Positions 1-9,257 of a stretch of 64,000 nt of DNA are shown here, one piece after another (position 1 is the first letter of the stretch; every line of letters starts with the position of its first letter). Below the pieces are notes generated by a model, which did not search any database, had not been told where the DNA came from, and was given only the letters and a program-made list of their open reading frames with translations. The stretch is taken from assembly GCA_051294905.1 (NCBI GenBank), contig CM119372.1, positions 23,498,001 through 23,562,000 of the forward strand, in the 5' to 3' direction. Both the position numbers and the translations under genes were made by a program. Source of the stretch: Botryllus schlosseri (taxonomy: Eukaryota).

Positions 1-120
1 CATGTTTCTAGCCCTAATGTTACCTCACGAAGTTTTGAATCAGTTTAAAATTAGATGTTTTATTTATTTTATCAAAGGACAAGCCTTCAACACTGCATCT
101 TGAAATTGAAGTATAAAATT

Positions 121-197
121 GTAATGTTCCTCGCGGACCGGCAGGAATGTCGTCGCGGACCGGCACCGGTCCGCGGACCGGCGGTTGAGAACCACTG
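121..197. mobile_element. Right end of a hAT-type MITE (left end not located)
   Basis: Ends GTTGAGAACCACTG, the reverse complement of the CAGTGGTTCTCAAC terminus class seen elsewhere in the window; GCGGACCG subterminal repeats. Confidence 0.6.
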
Positions 198-480
198 CAC
201 TACACCACAAAATGCGATACAATGAAAAGATAGGAAGGTGTCGAAGCGACTTGGAGTAGTCTATGGAGTCGGACACCCAACTTGGCCTAGGCGATGTAAA
301 GATGAGGCATCAACACTGAATGAAAACTAAAGAAGATAGTATAGGAAAAAAGCAAGCAACAAGAAATGGGGTTGAATACTTTGTTGCGCCGATAGCAGAC
401 GATATATATAAACGTAAGACCTTGGTAGCTTTCACACTCTATTTAACGTCCACTTGCGAATGAATATAACTTTATTAGTT

Positions 481-517
481 ACACGAGCTTTCGGAGCGCT
501 GCTCCTTCATCAGGTGT
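481..517 (-). ncRNA. Minimal type I hammerhead ribozyme (older PLE family)
   Basis: ACAC-CUGAUGA-A-GGAGC(AGC)GCUCC-GAA-AGCU-C/GUGU: intact core, 5-bp stem II, 4-bp stem I, palindromic AGCU stem III. Confidence 0.75.
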
Positions 518-753
518 CAAAGCGAAAGTAACGCAAAAAGAGCAACGCAAAAATATTTTCAATTTGAACATATACATATTATGACATCATAGGGAGTGAG
601 AAATTATAGATTCCGAAGTCACGTACTCTATGGCGTCATAGACACAAGTATCAAGTTTTGATTTGAAATGCAAATAGTGAGTTTTCCGGAAGTACACAAA
701 GAGACGCTTAGGAGTACAGAACTTCATGACACATTTGAATAAAATATTCATTT

Positions 754-793
754 TATTCCCGAAGCTTTTCGGCTGACCCTCGTCAGGGGAATA
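754..793 (-). ncRNA. Minimal type I hammerhead ribozyme (young PLE, left arm)
   Basis: UAUUCCC-CUGACGA-GG(GUCAG)CC-GAA-AAGCUU-C/GGGAAUA: 7-bp stem I, full catalytic core, palindromic stem III. Confidence 0.88.
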
Positions 794-935
794 TCGTCAG
801 CAATAATGCGAGAATTCGAATAACTATGTTCAGCAACAAAATATATCGCTAATTATGACGTCACACAGACAATATACAAAGTTGGGAAAACGAGAGAACT
901 GCAGCGTTGGCATGGAGATAGCTAAGCAAAACAAG

Positions 936-2264
936 TTAATGCGCGATTTTCAAATGATACACAAATTCTTTCTGTTGGCATAGACTAGGTTTGCTCATAG
1001 TGATGATCGTGGACTCAAGAACAGACAAATGAAATAAATTGCGACCCTTAGCCAATATAGAGAACATGTCCTCGTGATAGTTAGCAGCACACGTATGATT
1101 TTCTAGTAAATGTTTGCCTATAGAAGATTTTTGACCCATGGCCTGGTTATGTTCAAGAACAAGCGGATTGTTAAGCTGCGAATTTGAGATATAAGATTTG
1201 ACAGACGGTGGAATGTGTTCTTTGATACGGTCCTGCAACCGTTTGGAAGTTCTCCCTACGTACCGACAATCACAGTGGCACTTGAATTCATAAATTACGT
1301 TGCTTTGTTTTATAGCGGGGAGAACGTCCTTTCGGGTTGCAGGAAACATTGGTATCGTGGTAAAAACAACATTGGTTTTCACCGCTGGATAACAGCGGTA
1401 GACTGCTGAAGTTATCCGTTTCTCAAATCGATAAGAAACCGGGCCAAGCCAAGGAAGATGAATGTACACATCCCTATTTTCACGAGAAATTACTTCGGGG
1501 GTTTCTTCTGGTTTGGTATCATTCCAATGACTTAACTTTTTACTTATTGTCCGCTTAATAACATACTCTGGGTATCCGTTGTCAATGAAAATTTTACGGA
1601 TGTAGTCAAGTTCATTATTCAATTTGACCTCGGAACAAATCATCAACGCCCGGTGAACCAAGGTGCCGATTAAATTGATTTTACGACTTTTTGGGCTGAA
1701 AGAGCTCCATCGAAGGTAATGACCCGAAAATGTGGGCTTCCTATAAACGGAGGTAAGGAATTTGTCATCCCGTTTCTCCACAAGAACGTCAAGGAATGCC
1801 AGGCGATTGTTAATTTCTTTTTCCGACGTGAATTGCAATGCTGGATGTAGTTTGTTTAAATTTTCCAGGAAACTATCACAGTCAGATTCATTATCGAATA
1901 TCACGAACGTGTCATCGACATAGCGATGGTATGATAAGGGCGGTTTAATACAAGAAGAGAAGAGCTTATCTTCATGGAATCCTACAAATATATTGGCTAG
2001 AATAGGACCCAATGGTGATCCCATTGCTACACCATCAGATTGCCGGAACATGATATTGTTGAAGCTAAATTCAACAGAACACACAGCGTTTCTCATCAAT
2101 TCAATGAAGGTAGCTCTCGAGAAAGGAGGGGGTATTAGCTTACCGTTATATAGAGCATCAGCGCAAATATTCAACGTCTCATTTAGTGGTACGTTGGTGA
2201 AAAGACTCTTTATGTCGAATGAGCCTAGGAAATTATCGCGCGCGGATAGCTGTGAGCGACGCAT
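936..2264 (-). CDS. Penelope-like reverse transcriptase plus GIY-YIG endonuclease (N-terminally truncated; frame open to about 2330)
   Basis: Motifs SFDIKSLFTNVP, GVAMGSPLGP, YHRYVDD, LAFLDV and VIYEFKCHCDCRYVGRT; no stops or frameshifts over 442 codons. Confidence 0.95.
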   Translation of the reverse strand: MRRSQLSARDNFLGSFDIKSLFTNVPLNETLNICADALYNGKLIPPPFSRATFIELMRNAVCSVEFSFNNIMFRQSDGVAMGSPLGPILANIFVGFHEDKLFSSCIKPPLSYHRYVDDTFVIFDNESDCDSFLENLNKLHPALQFTSEKEINNRLAFLDVLVEKRDDKFLTSVYRKPTFSGHYLRWSSFSPKSRKINLIGTLVHRALMICSEVKLNNELDYIRKIFIDNGYPEYVIKRTISKKLSHWNDTKPEETPEVISRENRDVYIHLPWLGPVSYRFEKRITSAVYRCYPAVKTNVVFTTIPMFPATRKDVLPAIKQSNVIYEFKCHCDCRYVGRTSKRLQDRIKEHIPPSVKSYISNSQLNNPLVLEHNQAMGQKSSIGKHLLENHTCAANYHEDMFSILAKGRNLFHLSVLESTIITMSKPSLCQQKEFVYHLKIAH

Positions 2265-2345
2265 CTCATCAGCGAAGGTAAAAGAATCGCGTACGCAATG
2301 CGACCCGTAAAGTTCGCGAACAGGTTCCAGTATGTTGAGTATGTT

Positions 2346-3191
2346 GAGTATGTTATTAAGCGGACAATAAGTAAAAAGTTAAGTCATTGGAATGATACCA
2401 AACCAGAAGAAACCCCCGAAGTAATTTCTCGTGAAAATAGGGATGTGTACATTCATCTTCCTTGGCTTGGCCCGGTTTCTTATCGATTTGAGAAACGGAT
2501 AACTTCAGCAGTCTACCGCTGTTATCCAGCGGTGAAAACCAATGTTGTTTTTACCACGATACCAATGTTTCCTGCAACCCGAAAGGACGTTCTCCCCGCT
2601 ATAAAACAAAGCAACGTAATTTATGAATTCAAGTGCCACTGTGATTGTCGGTACGTAGGGAGAACTTCCAAACGGTTGCAGGACCGTATCAAAGAACACA
2701 TTCCACCGTCTGTCAAATCTTATATCTCAAATTCGCAGCTTAACAATCCGCTTGTTCTTGAACATAACCAGGCCATGGGTCAAAAATCTTCTATAGGCAA
2801 ACATTTACTAGAAAATCATACGTGTGCTGCTAACTATCACGAGGACATGTTCTCTATATTGGCTAAGGGTCGCAATTTATTTCATTTGTCTGTTCTTGAG
2901 TCCACGATCATCACTATGAGCAAACCTAGTCTATGCCAACAGAAAGAATTTGTGTATCATTTGAAAATCGCGCATTAACTTGTTTTGCTTAGCTATCTCC
3001 ATGCCAACGCTGCAGTTCTCTCGTTTTCCCAACTTTGTATATTGTCTGTGTGACGTCATAATTAGCGATATATTTTGTTGCTGAACATAGTTATTCGAAT
3101 TCTCGCATTATTGCTGACGATATTCCCCTGACGAGGGTCAGCCGAAAAGCTTCGGGAATAAAATGAATATTTTATTCAAATGTGTCATGAA
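2346..3191 (+). repeat. Inverted copy of the PLE 3' region (pseudo-LTR arm)
   Basis: Reverse complement of 723-1568; the encoded GIY-YIG peptide (YVIKRT...HLKIAH) is identical in both ORF translations. Confidence 0.95.
3121..3160 (+). ncRNA. Minimal type I hammerhead ribozyme (young PLE, right arm)
   Basis: Exact reverse complement of 754-793; predicted cleavage after C3153. Confidence 0.88.
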
Positions 3192-3903
3192 ATAGTGAGT
3201 TATGTGCCTAAAATCGGATTGGATAAGGTGTTATATGCTAATTTGAAAAGAACAAAAGGCGTTAAGTCAAACATTCATGGTGTAGTGAGACATACATCCT
3301 CTATCTATATTCAGCCCTTGTCGGAAAGTATCAAATTTGTCGATATATTTTTGTTCTGTAGCCTTGCGGAGAGTAGCGTCTTCCATGTTCCCGACCAATA
3401 CATTGACAGTCATGTCGCTCTCCGAGTGCCCAGCGGAAGAAAAATGATCACCGACAGGCAAGAAATGGGGTGGCATATCATGGAAGGCAAGATCGATAGG
3501 TCAGTCGTGGTCCGGTAATCTTGAGGATGGACTAGTATTCATTTAGTAGTAATTGCTTGTATTTCGACTTGAATGTGGAGATGCTCGTCGACTGTCGGGT
3601 AGTCGAGTACTAAAATCTGGATTTAGGCTACGGTATACTGTGATCAACCTAGGTAGTAAAAAGTGATGTCGAGCGAATAGGATGAAGATGCCTTGTCCGC
3701 AACAGCAGGGTCTTCGTTGGTATCAAATTAGCATATTTTGGAATCCGTGAATGAGAGCCGAAATTTATTCATTTAGTGCAATGACTTGGCATTTCCTGTT
3801 GTCATTTGTCACCGCTCTTGCATTTTGTTACCTCATATAGCCAACACGCGCAACCCTGGTGCATTTAGCTCATGCGTTTAATGTTTATATAGTTCCATTT
3901 ACT

Positions 3904-4260
3904 TAGGCTTACCATACGTCCTCTTTTAAGAGGATTTGTCCTCTTTTTTGACTTTTTTGAAAGTGTCCTCGGAGACGCCCTTTAGTCCTCTTTTTTGGAA
4001 ATTTAGGTCAGATTTAGAGGAAATCGCGAGTGATATGCCGTAAATTAGCGCAGAAGTGAAGCTCGCCGGCGGGTATTTCGGAGGGAAAAGTGGTGATTTA
4101 AGCTCTGAGCGAAAAGAAGAGACCTTTTTTTTTTTTTTTAGTCAACCGATCACGAGGTGGGAAAAATTTACCGGTTTTTGAGAATTCTTCTCCAGTTTTG
4201 CATGTCTGAAATTTCTGAAAAAGTGTCCTCTTTTTACTTTTCCAAAATATGGTAAGCCTA
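3904..4260. mobile_element. Non-autonomous DNA transposon (MITE), TAGG-ended
   Basis: TIR TAGGCTTACCATA / TATGGTAAGCCTA; both flanks share ATTTAC (imperfect TSD). Confidence 0.7.
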
Positions 4261-6636
4261 ATTTACAGTACTTCGAACTTGATGAAAAAGTCAGCCTATG
4301 GTGCAATCAGCACTAGACTAATAATTTCATCAATTAACAATTGAACTTACACAGTGCAAAATGCCTCAGTCGCCAAGAAGTGACCAACCCCCATCAATAT
4401 CCTACGTGCCATACACAGGCCTACAAACATTCACTCCTTGACTGTTTTCATAGGATATTGAATAATAAAGCCACTCGTGATTTCGAACCATTGGTTTGCG
4501 AGTGAAGGGCTGTGATCCAAACGTGTCAGCAACGATTTTGATTTTTTTTATCATTAGTGGTATTGTGATCTGTTGGAATGCAGGTAATTATGCAGTATGC
4601 ACGCATATCGAATCGACTATTAGGATCACATATTTCAGAAGTAGTCGGTTTTGTATTGGGTGAATTGACTCTCCAACACCGTTGTCAATTCGGTATTTAC
4701 TCTCGCTGCCAAAAATAAAATCTGTAAAATGCCAAAAATAAGCACTGCCTGCCAATAAGAACATGGTTTCATCAATCAACAGGCATGGTGTGAAATGCCT
4801 TCAGATCTATACGTACCATCGGGGCCTACGTAGGCCGCGGTACCATACATAATACATTCAGTCCTTTCGTAGTTTTTCATTTCCGTGTGAATAATTTTTC
4901 ATATCATATTGATTATTTAGTTGATTAGTGAAGGCTGCGAACAATACGTGTCAGAAACTCTTTTGAATTGCTATCATAAGTATTGTGACCTCTGTGAATG
5001 CCGATAATTTTGCACACATAGTGAATCGACTATTGAGAATAGCCGTCAGTGGGCCGAGAAATACCCAAGCGGGCGACGTCTGTATGAGAAAGAAGAGGCA
5101 AGTCCTGCTTTGACTGTGGCCTCAGTAGCAAATATATCATGTCAGCAATGGCCTCCCAGCCTGAGGATGGGTTAGTCTCTGGTGGCAACAGAATTAGGTC
5201 TAAACGAAAATCCGAGAGGAGAAACAAGCGGGTCCCCGTCTGGAAGATGCATTAAGGCGTCATGTAGTCGGCTCGGCCGACATTGGAGGGTATCGGAGCG
5301 TGTGCGCGGGCGGACGCCTATTGGGCCATTAACGATCTTAGGAAACTTGTCAAGCACTGGGTGGAAACCAGTGGGTCCCGCAGAGGTCTGGAATTGTGTT
5401 GCGACTGTGTCCTGCCACCCTACTCAGGGGGGTTCAACGACCACTGAGGGTCTTCTTCCACAGCTATGTTCCAGATCAGGGGTCACCAATGCGGTGCCCA
5501 CGGGCTCCCGATAGCCCGCACGGATCCAGTGAGTCGGTCGCGATCCTGTTCTAAAAATAGATGGAGTAACAGCTCTTCTGCTCTCTAGCTGTTGTGTAAA
5601 TCACACTAACATGTAACATTAGTTACTCCCACCATTTACCCGCTTCAAAATTTTAGTGTTTTAGGCTGTAACTCGTTTTGAGTTCACAATAGAGAAAACT
5701 TTTTTCTTGAAACAGATAGAGATATGATGTTTTGGCAGCTTTTGAGCTATATATATCATGACTGTACGACCAGTGGTTGTCGAGATAGGCAATTTTACCC
5801 CAACACGCGCAGAAATTGGCGGGTTACCGGCTGGAAAATGGGGGCAATCCCCTAAAATCAATTAACAACCCTCTTTTAACGATTTGATAAAAAAATTAGA
5901 GTCACTCCACCGTCACCCTATTGTATAGTCCCAACAGTCGCCTATGGAAATAAATCCTGCGTGATGAGAGCTTTTCTGCTTAGAATAATTAAGTAATTGA
6001 ACAGAAAATCCTGCGTGACATTGCCACCAATTCCACTCTGCAACAGAAATTGACTAAGGGGCTTTGTTTTAGTAGCCTGCCGTAGGGGGCAAGATCTAGA
6101 GCAGGCTAGTAAACAAAGTATGTAATTTAAAAGGATATCAATGAGGCTGTCATGGGGACGCACTGCGTTTGTTTTAGATGCATCTGATCTGCTGAACCTT
6201 ACACATGCTCAAAACAATACTGACAGGAATAAGGGCAATTTAAAACCGCGGCATGGAAATTCGAGATGAGCTCACATACCCATCAAAAACTCAACTGTTT
6301 TCATTGCTGAATTCTTGAGTAAAATGAGTATACAGTATAGTAACGTTACTCGGATCATAATCATTTTTCCTACAAATTCAGAATTTAATTTCAACAATCA
6401 TGATAGCAGTCAGCGCAAATCTCAATAGCTATAGCAGCAGGAAGGCTTTGACCATGTTTCACGGGATGTGATACCGGTATGAATCCTCATCCTCTACATG
6501 TCAGAGAACACTATCAATGCTGTAGGGGCTTTCGGTGAGGATTCAAATTCAGTTCTGGCAATCCCATTCAAAAATTTTATGCACAGGGTAGCGACAGATA
6601 TCAACAATTATTGTTAGTATTAGTTGAGACACACTC

Positions 6637-6999
6637 TTAAAATCTTCTGGGAGGTCCACCCCGACCGCGTCCTCGCATTCCTCTGCCCCGTCCGCGTCCT
6701 CGGCCACGACCCCTTCCTCGGTCACCTTTCTGAACTCTGGGCTTGGGACCCTCATCGACGAGCAAAGTATCGAGTGGCAAACTATCCGGCAAGATGTAGT
6801 AACGAATGTTATTGCCGCGGATGCTCAGAGTTTCAAGATTCACCGGTTCTTTATTCTTCACTGTCATCTTGACAGACTTTAGATGGGTGTTCATGCATAT
6901 ATCCACTCCCGTAATAGTTCCATGAACTTGAGTCCCGTTCTTCAGCTCGATCGTGACAGTCTCGTGACTGAGCTTCATTAAAAATCGAGCGAGCTTCAT
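6637..6999 (-). CDS. SNRPD1: Small nuclear ribonucleoprotein Sm D1, intronless, 120 aa
   Basis: [23 protein letters not shown]...[25 protein letters not shown] followed by a GR-repeat tail. Confidence 0.97.
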   Translation of the reverse strand: MKLARFLMKLSHETVTIELKNGTQVHGTITGVDICMNTHLKSVKMTVKNKEPVNLETLSIRGNNIRYYILPDSLPLDTLLVDEGPKPRVQKGDRGRGRGRGRGRGRGMRGRGRGGPPRRF

Positions 7000-7639
7000 G
7001 ACTACAGACTTGCGTTAAATCCAACACAGCGCTGCGAGTTGAAACTTCTCAGAATAATTGAGGGAAAGCGCGAAGCGCCACTGACTCGTCGTGCGTGAAT
7101 ACCATTGAAGCGTGTTCATCTCGATTTGAACGTTTTCACATGCATGATTGCGCTACACGCCACTAGCTGTTATGTGTACCGTCACTGGATTCCGCTCCCT
7201 CGTTCAGTACTTTTTAAACTATGATTAATTAAAGGCACCTTAATATCGCGATATTACTAAAAGGAAGGAGTTGAAGTAACTTGAAAAACTAATAATGGAA
7301 AAGCATTTGACCGGTGGCCACTGGCCAGCGACAATCGAATGTATATCCAATACACTGATTGCTAGACCGTACTTTGTCGTTTCGACATCTTCCTACCTGT
7401 TCATTACATCGCACGTGTGTCTTGAGTGGATGAAAATCACAGAACCGCGAATTATGATTATAGTACACGTTGGTCCATCAGATTGGGCTGTCGTGGATCA
7501 AATCACATTTCCAGAAATACCTGTCCGTTCAAACAAAAAGCGACCATCGTCTAATTGTTTTCGATGTAGTCTTGTCCATGCATGAATCCTAGTCATCCCT
7601 CAAGTTTACCGGACCACAACCTGACATACAGATCTCGCC

Positions 7640-8440
7640 TTCCGTAACATGCCCCCTCATTTTGTTACTTGGCTTTTTATATTACCTTCTTTTACTTTCA
7701 TTCAGTGTGCACTGTGCATGCCTCATTGTTACATCGGCTAGACCATGGGTCACCAACACGCAACCCGCAGGCCACATGCGGCCCGCGAGGTCATGTTTTG
7801 CGACCCGCGATTTCAGATTTCGATAGAACGCTAATTGAAGCTATTCTCCTATGTCCAGCATCTCTATTCCTCACTAGCTGAAACCACTTTGGTGATGGCT
7901 ACAGCATTCCATCGGGGGAGAATCAGTTGATATGAATGGGCATGGGCTGGGCATATTGCCTTGATGCGCAATGGCTCAGACACTGCTAAGACCGAAACGG
8001 CTTAGAGGGCTTCCCCACAAGATCAGGCTCTACCAGGAGATAGGGTTTCAGCTAGCACCGTGTGTCGCTAGCACCCACATAGATTCAGTAGTCTCTGAAA
8101 AGTGTTTTCCAGTATCGTGCGCAACTCACAGATCAAAGTAAAATGAAATTGATTATCATGATATTTTTGTTGAATTTTATTTCAATAATAAAATATTACT
8201 TCTTTTGTTGGAACTATTCCCGTTGCCGTTGTACTAATTAACGTAAAGATTTAAAAACGTGGTTCCTAAATGCGTGGCCTATTTTATCACGATATTGCAT
8301 GTTTGCGGCCCACGGCCTGTACGAAATTTGGAAAGTGGCGACCTCTGGCCTAGACCCAGTTGGGTGTCTGATCCAAGAATACTCCAAGTCCTTTCGTCAT
8401 CTTCCCAACTTTTCATTGTATCGCAGTCTCGTGGTGTTTT
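7640..8440 (+). mobile_element. CR1/L2-type LINE 3' UTR split by a MITE
   Basis: 7640-7743 and 8348-8440 match consecutive parts of the LINE tail. Confidence 0.7.
7744..8347. mobile_element. hAT-type MITE, with a decayed RTE-like fragment inside
   Basis: Degenerate TIR CATGGGTCACCAAC / GTGGCGACCTCTG; TSD GGCTAGAC / GCCTAGAC. Internal WAGHIA and GLPHKIRLYQEI remnants resemble an RTE ORF end. Confidence 0.7.
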
Positions 8441-9257
8441 GAACCGAGGAGATTGTAAGTAAACTGATACATTCTTGCGCAAGTGCGCATTAATCACAAT
8501 TTCATATTCCGCTTCAAGGTCAAGGCTAATATGAATCTGACTGACTGTCAGAAATGAACCTAAATAACTCGGCGAATTACCAGACTCGTACCAGCAAGTC
8601 AAAGCCACCCGAGGACGCCAAGTCACCCCCTTAACAGTAGTGTTACCGTATTTTGGAATCGGGAAGGGAGGATACTTTGTACCAATCATAGAAGCCATAT
8701 ACCGAAAATATAATGCAGCTGATTTTATAATTATTACTGCAAACCTTGTAGTGTTGACTACAAAAAAGGCCATCGAATGACCGCATTACGTATTTATGGC
8801 GATTTCTGGTTGAGCCTGTCCATTAGCCTAGCCGTCAAAACTGGACGAATTTTCTAATAGGACATATGGTAACCCTACCTGACAGGCCTAAATTACCACT
8901 AATCCAAACGTCTGCTATATAACTACGTAGTATAATCGTTTAGTGTTCAGTAGCACAGTCGGAAAACGCTGTCATCCATTTCAAACAACAATGTGACAAA
9001 AAAACGAACCCAAAATTCTGACATGCAAAAGGTTTATTCAATTTTCTACGAACACGTTGAGAAAAAGTGACACTAGTATCAACTCCAAGTAAAATAATCT
9101 TAGTGACGGCTCGGTGTAGACTTGGCGGCAGGAGTCTCCAACCTTCATCCGTGTCAAGAGCTATAGCGATGCCGATAAGGTCTAAAAATTCATCAATACC
9201 TTGAAGAAAAAGTAATTGTACTTGTACTGAAGCTGAGATGCTCACCACACAAATTCG

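Larger units (their letters stand above)
684..3189 (-). mobile_element. Young 5'-truncated Penelope-like element with inverted 3' duplication
   Basis: RT-GIY-YIG ORF on the minus strand; inverted arms 723-1568 and 2346-3191; 12-bp TSD AAATAGTGAGTT at 672-683 and 3190-3201. Confidence 0.93.
373..3458 (-). mobile_element. Older 5'-truncated Penelope-like element (GIY-YIG C-terminus, 3' UTR, hammerhead)
   Basis: 3267-3458 translates PVGDHFSSAGH...EQKYIDKFDTFRQGLNIDRGCMSHY, a typical PLE ORF C-terminus. Flanked by a 13-bp TSD; hammerhead motif at 481-517. Confidence 0.8.
205..3610 (-). mobile_element. CR1/L2-type LINE 3' end, split by two nested Penelope-like elements
   Basis: 205-372 and 3459-3610 are consecutive parts of the same LINE tail found at 18400-18643 and 33648-34150. 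CAAGAAATGGGGT is duplicated at 360-372 and 3459-3471. Confidence 0.8.

Noticed and set aside
1993-2310. Plus-strand ORFs at 1215-1409 and 1993-2310, and minus-strand ORF 2505-2699
   Set aside because: Antisense shadows of the PLE ORF.
5020-5480. GC-richer segment resembling a LINE (RTE-type) 5' region; tested for an HDV-like ribozyme
   Set aside because: A CCCA/TGGG stem with a TCCTC loop is present, but no P1 partner or nested pseudoknot could be found, and the family could not be assigned.
8279-8773. 164-codon minus-strand ORF between CCT6 and SmD1
   Set aside because: No recognisable motif; its 3' part runs through LINE and MITE sequence.
8940-9248. 102-codon ORF just downstream of the CCT6 stop (possible operon gene or read-through)
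   Set aside because: Starts at a non-ATG codon, has no convincing splice link and no known motif; most likely 3' UTR.
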